From assembly GCA_002427535.1 (NCBI GenBank), contig DIRK01000047.1, positions 1,267 through 65,266 on the forward strand: DNA of 64,000 nucleotides, read 5' to 3'. Of the stretch, positions 1-9,818 are shown piece after piece. Every line of letters starts with the position of its first letter. The first letter of the stretch is position 1. Source of the stretch: Mageeibacillus sp. UBA5438. GTDB lineage: Bacteria > Bacillota > Clostridia > Saccharofermentanales > DTU023. The position numbers and the translations under genes are program-made. The notes beneath the pieces were generated by a model. That model had not been told where the DNA came from, made no database searches, and saw only the letters and a program-made list of their open reading frames with translations.

Positions 1-183
1 ATCGATAAGAAAGCAGGCATAACGCCCGCTTCTAGGAGATTGTACGCAATTAAACCACCGATTATCAGGCATTTGTTACAGTTCAAGGGCCTATAGTGCA
101 GGTCATGCGCCAATCGGCTTAACAATTATGGATGATGTGTTAAGAATGTATGAATGGGTGAAAACCCCAATCGCCTTAAAAAA

Positions 184-1029
184 TTAAAGAGGTCTTTTTA
201 GTTCTCTTTCCTCAAACCAGACAAACTCTGTAATGCCAAGGCTCTCTAAGTATTGAAGCGTCTCATTCATATGCAAACCATTTTGCTCAACATGGTGCGC
301 ATCCGAGCAGATCGTGAAAAGATCGCCGCCAAGTTCAATATAGCGGTCCAGGATTTTTTCATCCGGCATCGCGTCTTTAAGGGCATAATCCTTGCGCTTC
401 ATAAGAGAGTTCACCGTCCCCACGTTAATCTCTAACGCCTGATTATTTTCCATCATGATCTTGAACAAGCGGTCAAAAGCCTCCGGCGCGTGCTCATAGT
501 GCATCTTCGAATCGCGTTGGGGCGCGTAGCGCGAGAAAAAATCAAAATGCGCGACAATGTTTGCTTCTTTCATATCTTGGGCGGAATCCGCGATCGCATG
601 AATCACCTCAGTATAGACCTTGTGAAGCTTCGAGGTATAGATATGCTCCGCGTGGGTAAAGGGATCGTAGCTTCTAAAATAATGAAGCGACACAATCGAA
701 AAATCAAAGGGATATTCGCGAACAATATTATGGAGGACATCGCTTACCTCGGGCATCCAACCAAGTTCAATACCCACAAGAAAACCGGGAGGATCGCCTT
801 CCTGTCTTTTCGAAGGCATCCTTCTCTTAGAATAAAATGCCTCCATATAGGCCTTGGGATCAAACGTCCAAGGCGAACCGTCCGACATCTCACAATCAGG
901 ATCGTAATGATCCGAGATACCCACGCCGTGCAAGCCTCTTTTTTCGGCCTCTAATAATAATTCCCCGACACTCTGTGTCCCGTCAGGCGACCAGTATCCT
1001 AAATGGTTATGCGCGTCAACAAGCCTCAT
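184..1029 (-). CDS. PHP-domain metal-dependent phosphoesterase (histidinol-phosphatase HisJ family-like)
   Basis: 281-aa ORF. N-terminal VDAHNHLGY plus GISDHYD, SLHYF, AHFD and CSDAHH His/Asp clusters are typical of the PHP fold. Start overlaps the pncB stop by 4 nt. Confidence 0.75.
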   Translation of the reverse strand: MRLVDAHNHLGYWSPDGTQSVGELLLEAEKRGLHGVGISDHYDPDCEMSDGSPWTFDPKAYMEAFYSKRRMPSKRQEGDPPGFLVGIELGWMPEVSDVLHNIVREYPFDFSIVSLHYFRSYDPFTHAEHIYTSKLHKVYTEVIHAIADSAQDMKEANIVAHFDFFSRYAPQRDSKMHYEHAPEAFDRLFKIMMENNQALEINVGTVNSLMKRKDYALKDAMPDEKILDRYIELGGDLFTICSDAHHVEQNGLHMNETLQYLESLGITEFVWFEERELKRPL

Positions 1030-2495
1030 ACCGACTCCTGCTCTTCCATCTCACTGTGCAAGAAGCGCTCTTTTAACGACCACAGCGTATCTGACAGGTC
1101 GACATAGTATTCTTGCGGATTTTCAAAGCGCTTCAATGAATCCCAAAGGGTATCAAGCTGTGCCCTGCAAAAGGCGCGGATGTCTTCGATGTGGCGCTTC
1201 TCACCGATATATTCACCCTTTTCAAAAATCTGCTCCAGAATCGGGACCGCACGAAAATCCGTCAGCGTTTTGCGCTTCCAGGTATGAAGCGGATCAAAGA
1301 TCGTCAAAGGTTTTGTATCGTCGATGACCTCATCGATGAGGGTAATCAGATCGGCCTCGACTAAACCCGTCGTACGGTTGTAAAGTCTGTAAAGGGTCTT
1401 CTCCCCCGGGTTCGTCACCTTCTCAGGATTATCCGACACCTTCATGCGGGGCTCCATGACACCGTCCTTTTCAATTCCCGACAGTTTATACACGCCGCTG
1501 AAAACTGGCTCGGCACGCGAAGTGATCAGGCGCTCACCCACGCCGAAGGAATCAACTCGAGCCCCCTGGCGCAAAAGATCCTGAATCAGGTACTCATCGA
1601 TGGCGCTACTCAAGGTGATCTTACAGTCATTTAAACCTGCCTCATCGAGCATGGCACGCGCCCTGATCGAAAGATAGGCCAAGTCCCCTGAATCAATACG
1701 GATCGCCTTTAAACGGTGTCCTTGGGGCTCCAACACCTCACGGCTCACGCGGATGGCGTTGGGGACGCCGCACTTTAAGGTATTGTAGGTATCGACTAAG
1801 AGTTGGCAGTCGTCGGGGTAAACCGTCGCGTAGGCCTTGAAGGCATCGTACTCCGTATCAAAGGCCTGCACCCATGAATGCGCCATGGTGCCCAAGACAG
1901 GAATTTTGAAGATTTCACCGGCCACCGTACAAGAGGTCCCCGCGACCCCCGCGATATAGGCGGCTCTCGCGCCCAGGATCGACGCGTCCGAACCCTGCGC
2001 GCGGCGCGCGCCAAACTCTAAAATCCCGCGGCCTTCCGCCGCACGGACAATGCGCGAAGACTTCGTCGCGATTAAACTTTGGTGGTTAATCGTCAAAAGC
2101 ACCATCGTCTCCACCATCTGGGCCTGGATAATCGGGCCTCTCACCTTGACAATGGGTTCGCCCGGGAAGATCGGCATCCCCTCCGGAATCGCCCAGACAT
2201 CGCACTCAAACCTAAAATCGCGAAGGTACGAAAGAAAAGCCGGATCAAAGTGATCGAGCTGGACCAAGTACTCGATATCCTTGTCCGTAAACTGCAGATT
2301 CGCCAGGTACTCGACCAGCTGCTCCACCCCGGCCATGATCGCAAAGCCGCCACGCTCCGGGACGTCACGGAAAAACATGTCAAAGACCGCGACCGTATCC
2401 TTCATGCCCTCTTTGTAATACGCGTTTGACATCGTGATTTCATAAAAATCGGTCAACATCGCAAGATTAATATCGTGATCCCATCCGTTTGCCAT
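1026..2495 (-). CDS. pncB: nicotinate phosphoribosyltransferase
   Basis: 489-aa ORF with LTDFYEITMSNAYY N-terminal motif and GTMAHSW and IRIDSGD motifs of NAPRTase. Confidence 0.9.
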   Translation of the reverse strand: MANGWDHDINLAMLTDFYEITMSNAYYKEGMKDTVAVFDMFFRDVPERGGFAIMAGVEQLVEYLANLQFTDKDIEYLVQLDHFDPAFLSYLRDFRFECDVWAIPEGMPIFPGEPIVKVRGPIIQAQMVETMVLLTINHQSLIATKSSRIVRAAEGRGILEFGARRAQGSDASILGARAAYIAGVAGTSCTVAGEIFKIPVLGTMAHSWVQAFDTEYDAFKAYATVYPDDCQLLVDTYNTLKCGVPNAIRVSREVLEPQGHRLKAIRIDSGDLAYLSIRARAMLDEAGLNDCKITLSSAIDEYLIQDLLRQGARVDSFGVGERLITSRAEPVFSGVYKLSGIEKDGVMEPRMKVSDNPEKVTNPGEKTLYRLYNRTTGLVEADLITLIDEVIDDTKPLTIFDPLHTWKRKTLTDFRAVPILEQIFEKGEYIGEKRHIEDIRAFCRAQLDTLWDSLKRFENPQEYYVDLSDTLWSLKERFLHSEMEEQESV

Positions 2496-2505
2496 ATAAG
2501 CCTCC

Positions 2506-3321
2506 TTACTGTGAAGACGTATCCATTATAGACAATTCGCGGCGTCCATCTTCATAGGGCCATTGATCACCGCCAAAAAGTGTTTGTTCAAAATACACGC
2601 GCTCCAAAAGCAAGCCCTCCGGCGGCATCGTCGGACCCGCGAGCACACGCTTTTTCGAAGCGATAATCGCCCCGATGGCCCCGGGTTCAATCTTTTTCTG
2701 ACCCGCGTAGACAAGCGTCCCCGCGATAACGCGCACCATATGATATAAAAAGCCGTCGCCGATGATGCGAAAGCTTATCGTGTTTTCTTTTATCTCCAAA
2801 CTCAATTCATGGATCGTCCTCACAGAACGCTTGGTCGGCGAACCCTGATCCATGAAGGCGGTAAAATCGTGCGTACCGACCATTTCTTTCGCCGCCTCCC
2901 GCATGGCGAAAACATCCAGCTCGCCCGGCACATGAACCGCTTGACGGCGCAAAAGAACAGGACGGATGGATCCCGTGACCACCGTATAGCGATAGGACTT
3001 CCCCCAGCCGTCATAGCGCGGGTTAAAGTCAGCCTCGACGATCATTACCTCCTTCACCGCGATGGACTCGGGGAGCGTCGTATTCCACGCCAAGGCCATG
3101 CGATCGACCGGAATGGACGTTTGGGACAAAAAGGATGACACATGGCCTAAAGCCGACACCCCGGCGTCGGTACGGCTGCCGCCGGTAAGACGGATCGTCT
3201 CCCCCGTCAAATCGAACCAGCTATTTTCCATCGCGGCCTGAACAGAAGGCGCATTTTGCTGACGCTGCCAGCCTGAAAAAACAGTCCCGTCATACTCCGT
3301 CATGATCGCGTAACGCCGCAT
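2506..3321 (-). CDS. truA: tRNA pseudouridine(38-40) synthase TruA
   Basis: 271 aa. EYDGTVFSGWQRQ N-terminus, GGSRTDAGVSA catalytic-Asp motif and FLYHMVR motif. Conserved position after the ecf genes. Confidence 0.92.
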   Translation of the reverse strand: MRRYAIMTEYDGTVFSGWQRQQNAPSVQAAMENSWFDLTGETIRLTGGSRTDAGVSALGHVSSFLSQTSIPVDRMALAWNTTLPESIAVKEVMIVEADFNPRYDGWGKSYRYTVVTGSIRPVLLRRQAVHVPGELDVFAMREAAKEMVGTHDFTAFMDQGSPTKRSVRTIHELSLEIKENTISFRIIGDGFLYHMVRVIAGTLVYAGQKKIEPGAIGAIIASKKRVLAGPTMPPEGLLLERVYFEQTLFGGDQWPYEDGRRELSIMDTSSQ

Positions 3322-4133
3322 CAGAAGAACCCTCCCAATACTTTAGGCCCCACGAACGCAAAGGCTAATAAGAACACCACAAGAACTAAAAAGACAATAT
3401 CCTTCGGATAAAGCTTGGCGGTGTACAACCGGGTCCTCCCCTTCTCTCCCTGGTAACAGCGCGCGTCCATGGCAATCGCCAGATCATCCGCGCGTCGGAA
3501 GCTCGAGATGAAAAGCGGCACCAAAATACTCACAAGACCCCTCGCGCGGCGGATCGGGCCCCCTGTATCGTAATCGGCGCCCCTTGAAGACTGCGCCTTC
3601 ATGATCTTGGCAGACTCATCCATCAGGATGGGAACAAAGCGCAAAGCAATCGACATCATCATGGCAAACTCATGCACGGGAAAACGCAAATAGCGCAAAG
3701 GCGACAAGAGACTTTCCAAAGCATCCGCAATGGCCAAGGGCATCGTGGTCAGCGTCAATAAAAGTGAAGTATTGATCACCATCAAGATGAGGCGCATCGC
3801 CGTCATCGCCCCTGTATAAAGCCCCTCTTTTGAAATCGCGATAGGGCCGATATGAAACAAGATATGTCCCTTTACCGTCACCAGGTGCAAGATGACCGCA
3901 AAAAGAATGATGAATACAAGCGGCCTGACACTTCTTAAGATGGTTGTGATTCGGATTTTGGATAATACCATGAGCATCATGGTCCAAATAAGGAACACCG
4001 CCATAATAATCGGGTCCTGGATGGAGAGGATTGCCACCATGAGAATAATCGCAGCTAAAAACTTGATTCTTGCGTCCAATAAATGGAGCGCCGAATCACC
4101 CGGAATAGAACGGCCGAGCATACTTTTACCCAT
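3321..4133 (-). CDS. ecfT: energy-coupling factor transporter transmembrane subunit EcfT
   Basis: 270-aa polytopic membrane ORF with SRGADYD and RRADDLAIAMDARCY motifs of the CbiQ/EcfT family. Overlaps the ecfA stop. Sits at the canonical rplQ-ecfA-ecfT-truA position. Confidence 0.88.
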   Translation of the reverse strand: MGKSMLGRSIPGDSALHLLDARIKFLAAIILMVAILSIQDPIIMAVFLIWTMMLMVLSKIRITTILRSVRPLVFIILFAVILHLVTVKGHILFHIGPIAISKEGLYTGAMTAMRLILMVINTSLLLTLTTMPLAIADALESLLSPLRYLRFPVHEFAMMMSIALRFVPILMDESAKIMKAQSSRGADYDTGGPIRRARGLVSILVPLFISSFRRADDLAIAMDARCYQGEKGRTRLYTAKLYPKDIVFLVLVVFLLAFAFVGPKVLGGFF

Positions 4134-5931
4134 GGGTGATGCCTCCGACCGATAAACCTTTGACCGCGTTTAAGAGCGCGTTTTTTACATCCAGAGGACA
4201 AAAACAAGCGATTTTTTCTTTTTGGGGTACAAGATCTGAAAATTGATCCAAAAATCTTTTTGAGGGCGGTGTCTCAAGATGAACATTTTTCAAAAACTGC
4301 TCGTCTTGGGTGATCTCAAAGGGCGTTCCAACGCCGGCCACCTTGCCCTCATTCATGACCAGGATGCGATCCGAATAGCGCGTCATCATCTCCATGTCAT
4401 GCGACACAATAACAAGGGTGACGCCCTCCTTTGTGAGCGTCAAAAGATCACGGAACAAATCATCCCGTCCCCTAGGGTCAAGGCCTGCGGCCGGCTCATC
4501 CAAGATGAGAATCTCTGTTTCAGCGGCTAAGACACCCGCGATCGCCACGCGGCGGCGCTGTCCGCCCGATAATTCAAAAGGTGAACGGTCAAGGATATCT
4601 GTGATACCAAGCCTTTTGGCCGCGCGAAGCACCGCACGCTCTACCTCATCCGGACGCTTTTTTTGTTGCTTCGGTGCAAAGGCGATGTCGAGGGCTACCG
4701 TTTCTTCAAACAGCTGGTCCTCCGGGTATTGAAAAAGAAGACCCACATGGCGCCGTATTCCGGACACTTGTTTTTTATCGGAAAGATCGCGGTCCAAGAC
4801 CACGACTTTTCCCTTTTTAGCCCGTATAAGGCCGTTAAAATGCTGGATGAGGGTGGATTTACCCGAACCTGTGTGACCGACAAGTCCCAGTATTTCTCCC
4901 CTTTTTACCTGAAGCGAGACATCGTCAAGCGCCGGGAGCACGCTAAGGCCTTCCGTGTCGTAAGTATAGGACAGGTGAACGACCTTGATTACTTCCGAAA
5001 TATCGCCGCTTTCCCTTGCGACTTGTTCGTTGCTTGAATCACTCATCGCCGCTTCTTGCGAAAGTTTCTCTTCCTGCGGAATATGGATGGAATTTAAGGC
5101 CCCCCGCACATACCGGACGGCTCCGTCAAAGTGAATCAATTCATTCGAATCAAAGGGGACACGGGTTTCTTGGTGAATGAGATGGGCGATCTCAAGATGC
5201 GTCGGCACATCCAGGCCCTTTTGTTTAACCCGTTCTACCTGGTTAAACACCTCGGCCGGGGTGCCGTAAAAGGCGATGCGACCATCGCTTATGACATATA
5301 CAAGATCGGCTAAAAGCGCTTCTTCCATATGGTGCGTGATCTGGACGACGGTGAGTTTTTCTTCCTTTTTCAGGCGTCTTACAAGCGCCATCACCTCATG
5401 CCTGGCCTCAGGATCAAGCATGGCGGTGGCCTCATCGAGTACAAGGCAGTCGGGGCGCATAGCAAGGATTGAGGCAATTGCCAATTTTTGTTTTTGGCCA
5501 CCCGACAATTCATGGGGGGCCCGTTCTTTTAAATCAAAAAGTCCTGTCAATTCCAAGGAGGCATCCACACGGGCCCAGATCTCATCGCGTGAAAGGCCGA
5601 GATTAGAGGGGCCAAAGGCGACGTCATCTTTGACGGTCGTGCCGATGATCTGATTGTCGGGATTTTGGAACACCATGGCGCATTCGCGGCGGATCTCATA
5701 GATATTGCGATCGTCGTCGGTACGCTTCCCGTTCATGGTCACAAGGCCCTCGTCGGGCAAAAGCAGACCGTTCATGAGGCGGGCAATCGTCGACTTCCCT
5801 GAGCCGTTTCGGCCGATCAGGGCGACATGCGTCCCGCGCTCAATGGTAAAAGAGACGTCCGAGACGGCACGCACCGGATACTGGCCTTCCATCGCGCCAT
5901 AGGTAAATGAAACGTTTTGAAAATCAATCAT
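4126..5931 (-). CDS. ecfA: fused ECF transporter ATPase EcfA-EcfA' (two ABC domains in one polypeptide)
   Basis: Two Walker A motifs (GRNGSGKST, GHTGSGKST), two signatures (LSGGQKQK, LSGGQRRR) and two Walker B motifs (LVLDEAT, LILDEPA) in one uninterrupted frame. Start set at ATG 5931 (MIDFQNVSF) because the longer GTG start at 5994 lies inside the rplQ terminator hairpin. Confidence 0.88.
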   Translation of the reverse strand: MIDFQNVSFTYGAMEGQYPVRAVSDVSFTIERGTHVALIGRNGSGKSTIARLMNGLLLPDEGLVTMNGKRTDDDRNIYEIRRECAMVFQNPDNQIIGTTVKDDVAFGPSNLGLSRDEIWARVDASLELTGLFDLKERAPHELSGGQKQKLAIASILAMRPDCLVLDEATAMLDPEARHEVMALVRRLKKEEKLTVVQITHHMEEALLADLVYVISDGRIAFYGTPAEVFNQVERVKQKGLDVPTHLEIAHLIHQETRVPFDSNELIHFDGAVRYVRGALNSIHIPQEEKLSQEAAMSDSSNEQVARESGDISEVIKVVHLSYTYDTEGLSVLPALDDVSLQVKRGEILGLVGHTGSGKSTLIQHFNGLIRAKKGKVVVLDRDLSDKKQVSGIRRHVGLLFQYPEDQLFEETVALDIAFAPKQQKKRPDEVERAVLRAAKRLGITDILDRSPFELSGGQRRRVAIAGVLAAETEILILDEPAAGLDPRGRDDLFRDLLTLTKEGVTLVIVSHDMEMMTRYSDRILVMNEGKVAGVGTPFEITQDEQFLKNVHLETPPSKRFLDQFSDLVPQKEKIACFCPLDVKNALLNAVKGLSVGGITHG

Positions 5932-5965
5932 GCTTGGGTATCCTTTACGCCCCAACCATTCTACC

Positions 5966-6008
5966 AAAATAAAAGGACTTCCCTTTGAAGTCACATCAAG
6001 GGAAGTCC
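5966..6008 (-). terminator. rho-independent terminator downstream of rplQ
   Basis: Minus strand reads GGACTTCCCTT-gatgtgacttc-AAGGGAAGTCC (11-bp perfect stem) followed by TTTTATTTT. Begins 28 nt after the rplQ stop. Confidence 0.7.
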
Positions 6009-6035
6009 GTCATGATTATTTGTCAATCAAAAGTT

Positions 6036-6563
6036 TTAGTCGACCAGTTCCAAAATCGCCATCGGCGCTGCGTCACCGCGGCGCGGACCGATCTTGACGA
6101 TGCGCGTGTATCCGCCTGAACGTGTGGTGTAACGGGGAGCGACAGAATTGAACAGGTGATTCACGGTATTCACACGATTTCCCTCATGATCCTTGGTCTC
6201 CACCATCATGGTCATGATCTTACGACGTGCGGCCAGCCTTGAAGGCATATCGACCTGCACCGTTTTGGTCTTCATTTCACGCTCGACCACATCGTAGGCG
6301 CGGTCATTTTTTGAGGTCGCTGAGCGGAGCACTTTGCGCCCCTTATCATCTAATTTCGCAGCCGATACCTGTACGGTTTTCGTGGTGAAATTGTTTTGCT
6401 CTTTGACCGCTAAGGCAATCGCTTTTTCCGCGATGCGAGCCGCTTCTTTGGCGCGCGTTTCGGTGGTGGTGACCTTGCCCTCCACGATCAGGGTGGTCAC
6501 AAGGTTTCTCAGTATTGATTTTCTCGCCGCTGTCTCGCGTCCGAGTCTTCTATATCCGGGCAT
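6036..6563 (-). CDS. rplQ: 50S ribosomal protein L17 (with ~55-aa internal insertion)
   Basis: [10 protein letters not shown]-terminus and C-terminal [25 protein letters not shown] signature. 175 aa versus ~120 aa in B. subtilis. Confidence 0.95.
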   Translation of the reverse strand: MPGYRRLGRETAARKSILRNLVTTLIVEGKVTTTETRAKEAARIAEKAIALAVKEQNNFTTKTVQVSAAKLDDKGRKVLRSATSKNDRAYDVVEREMKTKTVQVDMPSRLAARRKIMTMMVETKDHEGNRVNTVNHLFNSVAPRYTTRSGGYTRIVKIGPRRGDAAPMAILELVD

Positions 6564-6592
6564 GGTTTAAAACTCTCCTCCTGCAAAAATGT

Positions 6593-7558
6593 TTATGAAT
6601 GATCGGGATCAGCCAATTGCAGGCCGTGTGTTCCCAGCTTTTCAATCAGCTCGTCAAGCGATGTGGCACCCAGGTTTCTGACCTTCATCAGATCATCACG
6701 CGAATGGGCGATCAAATCGGCGACTGTATGGATATCGGCGCGCTTCAAGGAGTTAAAAATCCGTGTTGAAAACTTCAAGTCCTCTATAGGCGCATCGTAA
6801 ATGCTCTTCTCTTCCTCTTCTATCAGCAAGGGCTCTTGCCCTGCGACTTCCTGGTCGTGCGTCATGGAAAGGAACAGATTCAGGTGATCGATCAGGATTT
6901 CAGCCGCCCCCACAAGTGCTTCTTCGGCTGTAATCGTGCCGTCTGTCCAGATTTCAAGTGTCAGCTTGTCAAAGTCCGTGATCTGTCCGACACGCGTATC
7001 TTCGACCTTGTAGTTGACCTTTTTCACCGGCGTAAAAATGGAATCCATCGGGATGACACCGATCGGCGCGTTTGCTTCTTTATTCTGGTCCGCGCTCTTA
7101 TAGCCGATGCCCGCGTTAAAGGTGAGACCCATGAAAAGCGGACCGTCGCCGTTCATATGCGCGATGACATGATCAGGATTCACAATTTCGAGTTCATCAC
7201 TCTGATTAAACTCACCGGCGGTCACCGGACCTTTGTAGCCGGCTTCCTTATTGATAAACACCGTTTTGGGGCCCGACACATGAAGGCGTGCACGAATATC
7301 CTTAATATTCAAAAGGATTTCGGTGACATCTTCCACCACACCGGGCACGGTCGAATATTCTTGAAAAATGCCTTCAATTCGGACGGACGTGGCCGCGCAT
7401 CCCGGAAGTGAGGACAACAATACGCGACGCAAAGCGTTGCCCAATGTTGTACCGTATCCGCGCTCGAGCGGCTCCGCGACAAATAGACCGTATGTCTCGT
7501 CTTCCGACTGCTTTTTATATTCAATATTCGTGTCTGTCGCGTTCTTAAATTCGATCAT
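6593..7558 (-). CDS. rpoA: DNA-directed RNA polymerase subunit alpha
   Basis: 321 aa. NTD motif LERGYGTTLGNALRRVLLSS, CTD helix-hairpin-helix FSTRIFNSLKRADIHTVADL. Synteny rpsD-rpoA-rplQ. Confidence 0.97.
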   Translation of the reverse strand: MIEFKNATDTNIEYKKQSEDETYGLFVAEPLERGYGTTLGNALRRVLLSSLPGCAATSVRIEGIFQEYSTVPGVVEDVTEILLNIKDIRARLHVSGPKTVFINKEAGYKGPVTAGEFNQSDELEIVNPDHVIAHMNGDGPLFMGLTFNAGIGYKSADQNKEANAPIGVIPMDSIFTPVKKVNYKVEDTRVGQITDFDKLTLEIWTDGTITAEEALVGAAEILIDHLNLFLSMTHDQEVAGQEPLLIEEEEKSIYDAPIEDLKFSTRIFNSLKRADIHTVADLIAHSRDDLMKVRNLGATSLDELIEKLGTHGLQLADPDHS

Positions 7559-7597
7559 AGCAACCTCCTAGTCGGGTGCGTTGTCGCGTCACAGCTC

Positions 7598-8179
7598 TTA
7601 CTTCGAGTAGAGCTCGACGATGAGCGTCTCTTCCACGTCGATATCAATTTCGTCACGCTCAGGGACACGAAGGACGGTCCCTTTCAGGTGATCCGCGTCA
7701 AAGGATAACCAAGCGGGTACGAGGGTGTTCGGCAACTCGTCGAATACTTTCACGTGGCGTGAATTTTCACGCACGGAAATTTCATCACCGGGCGACACAT
7801 TCATCGAGGGAATGCTTGCGCGTTGACCGTTGATATTGAAATGGCCGTGATTGACGAGCTGTCTTGCCTGCGCCCTTGTGGCGGTAAAGCCAAGGCGGTA
7901 GACGACGTTATCAAGGCGGAGCTCAAGCAGCTTCAAAAGGTTTTCACCGCTCTTGCCCGGCATTTTGCTTGCGCGATCGTAGGTGTTGCGGAATTGCTTT
8001 TCCAACACACCGTAGACAAACTTCACCGACTGCTTGGCGCGGAGCTGACGTCCGTACTCGCCTTCTTTGCGGCGTGATTGTCTGGGATTGCGTTTCGATT
8101 TTTTATTGATACCCAGCATCTGAGGCGCGACTTCCAATGAGCGGCTGCGTTTCAGGATGGGCGATCTGTCTTTAGCCAT
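7598..8179 (-). CDS. rpsD: 30S ribosomal protein S4
   Basis: Start placed at ATG 8179 (MAKDRSPILKRSR) preceded by AAGAGGAG, because the longest ORF would overlap rpsK. Contains YGRQLRAKQ and RLDNVVYRLGF motifs. Confidence 0.95.
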   Translation of the reverse strand: MAKDRSPILKRSRSLEVAPQMLGINKKSKRNPRQSRRKEGEYGRQLRAKQSVKFVYGVLEKQFRNTYDRASKMPGKSGENLLKLLELRLDNVVYRLGFTATRAQARQLVNHGHFNINGQRASIPSMNVSPGDEISVRENSRHVKVFDELPNTLVPAWLSFDADHLKGTVLRVPERDEIDIDVEETLIVELYSK

Positions 8180-8196
8180 AGTATGCGATCTCCTCT

Positions 8197-8601
8197 TTAG
8201 ACTCTTCTGCGTTTCGGCGGACGGCAACCGTTATGCGGGATCGGCGTCACATCTTTGATCGTGGTGATCTCCAGGCCGCCGGTCGACAAGGCCCGGATCG
8301 CAGATTCACGTCCGGAACCCGGTCCGCGCACATACACGTCCACGGTTTTCATTCCGTGCTCAACCGCTTTTCTCGCGGCCTGTTCGGCAGCAAGCTGCGC
8401 CGCGAAAGGAGTCCCCTTACGCGAGCCCTTCATGCCCTGCGCTCCCGCGCTTGACCAGGAGATGACATTGCCCACAGGATCCGTAATCGTCACAATCGTA
8501 TTGTTGAAGGACGAATGGATATGGGCTGCTCCCCGCTCGATATTCTTACGGTCCCGCCTTCTCGTGCGGGCTGCCGGACGTCCACTTTTTTGACTTGCCA
8601 T
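8197..8601 (-). CDS. rpsK: 30S ribosomal protein S11
   Basis: 134 aa with [18 protein letters not shown] signature. Synteny rpsM-rpsK-rpsD. Confidence 0.97.
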   Translation of the reverse strand: MASQKSGRPAARTRRRDRKNIERGAAHIHSSFNNTIVTITDPVGNVISWSSAGAQGMKGSRKGTPFAAQLAAEQAARKAVEHGMKTVDVYVRGPGSGRESAIRALSTGGLEITTIKDVTPIPHNGCRPPKRRRV

Positions 8602-8613
8602 GGTTCGTCCTCC

Positions 8614-8982
8614 TTATCTCTTTTTCTTAGCCATGGTGCGCTTGGGGCCTTTGCGCGTACGCGCGTTGGTCCTGGTTCTTTGGCCGCGCACGGGAAGACC
8701 CGTACGATGACGGCGACCGCGATAACATCCGATCTCCGCAAGCCTCTTGATATTCATGGCTGTTTCACGGCGCAGGTCACCCTCAACCGTGTAATGGTCT
8801 TCAATCGCTTCACGGATGCGGGTAATCTCTTCGTCCGTCAGATCGCGTACTCGCGTATCGGGATTGACCTCCGCCGTCTGAAGGATCTCATTTGATCGCG
8901 TGCGGCCGATACCAAATATGGCAGTCAGTCCGATTTCAACGCGTTTGTCATTGGGCAAATCCACCCCGGCAATACGTGCCAT
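8614..8982 (-). CDS. rpsM: 30S ribosomal protein S13
   Basis: 122 aa with [11 protein letters not shown]-terminus and basic C-terminal tail. Confidence 0.97.
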   Translation of the reverse strand: MARIAGVDLPNDKRVEIGLTAIFGIGRTRSNEILQTAEVNPDTRVRDLTDEEITRIREAIEDHYTVEGDLRRETAMNIKRLAEIGCYRGRRHRTGLPVRGQRTRTNARTRKGPKRTMAKKKR

Positions 8983-9049
8983 GCGCTACCTCCAATTATG
9001 TTCGCATTTTGTAATCATGTTGTTTTTTATCTCTACAGAGCAAATAGCT

Positions 9050-9163
9050 CTAACCCTGTCTCTGCTTGTGCTTCGGATCGCTGCAGATCACCATGACGCG
9101 CCCGCGGCGCTTAATCACGCGGCACTTCTCACAGATGGGCTTGACCGATGGTCTTACTTTCAT
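9050..9163 (-). CDS. rpmJ: 50S ribosomal protein L36 (Zn-ribbon form)
   Basis: Below the ORF-track size cut-off. Hand translation of the minus strand gives [37 protein letters not shown] then TAG. Located between infA and rpsM as expected. Confidence 0.93.
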   Translation of the reverse strand: MKVRPSVKPICEKCRVIKRRGRVMVICSDPKHKQRQG

Positions 9164-9242
9164 GGTTCTTCTCCTTTATACTGCTGTACTCTAACGCACA
9201 GCTAATAATTCTAACCTGTACCGCTCTGAAAATCAAGAAGCG

Positions 9243-9461
9243 TTACTTCGATCTCCAGGTGATGCGGCCTCGCGTCAAATCGTACGGCGAAAGCTCGACG
9301 GTGACGTTGTCTCCGTTCAAGATCTTGATGTAGTTTTGACGCAATTTGCCGGAGATGTGCGCGATCACTTCAAAGCCATTTTCCAGTCTAACCCGGAACA
9401 CGGCGTTTGGCATCGTGTCGACCACAACTCCTTTGACCTCAATTGCTTCTTCTTTCGGCAT
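9243..9461 (-). CDS. infA: translation initiation factor IF-1
   Basis: 72 aa. S1-like fold sequence [63 protein letters not shown]. Confidence 0.97.
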   Translation of the reverse strand: MPKEEAIEVKGVVVDTMPNAVFRVRLENGFEVIAHISGKLRQNYIKILNGDNVTVELSPYDLTRGRITWRSK

Positions 9462-9485
9462 CTTTCCCTCCGATCGCCTTACACG

Positions 9486-9818
9486 TCACTTGGTCTTAAT
9501 TTCTCTATCCTGTGTCCATTGCGCGATCAGTTTACGTATCGACAGATTGCACTCACTCTCACACAATTCTCCGCCTAACAACTCTTCTAGTTCCATTTCA
9601 TCGATCGCCTGTCCGAAGGGGCGGACATGCTTCGTGTTTTTCAGCTTCGCATCGACATAGCCCCGGGTTCTTCCGTCTGCCAAAAGCAAACGCGTTTCGC
9701 CCTTACAGGCAAGTACCAGGTACAATCTGCCGCGGTCATGCCCTTTTTTTGACTGAACAATCATGCCGGGACGAAATCGTTCAGGCAGTGCAATTGATAT
9801 GTCACTACCCGAATCCAT
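9486..9818 (-). CDS. KOW-domain RNA-binding protein (map-infA intergenic family of Clostridia)
   Basis: GMIVQSKKGHDRGRLYLVL KOW-like motif at the conserved position between map and infA. Start set at ATG 9818, which forms TAATG with the map stop. The track's GTG at 9830 is an alternative. Confidence 0.7.
   Translation of the reverse strand: MDSGSDISIALPERFRPGMIVQSKKGHDRGRLYLVLACKGETRLLLADGRTRGYVDAKLKNTKHVRPFGQAIDEMELEELLGGELCESECNLSIRKLIAQWTQDREIKTK

Noticed and set aside
1-183. Possible gene end or ncRNA in the first 183 nt. A plus-strand frame is open from 23 to 187 but has only a 19-codon ATG-initiated tail.
   Set aside because: It is too short and truncated by the window edge to interpret, and no convincing hairpin or motif is present.
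5932-5994. Longer GTG start (MTSKGSPFILVEWLGRKGYPS) for the ecfA fusion gene.
   Set aside because: The extra codons are formed by one arm of the rplQ terminator hairpin and its U-tract. The ABC domain begins at MIDFQNVSF.
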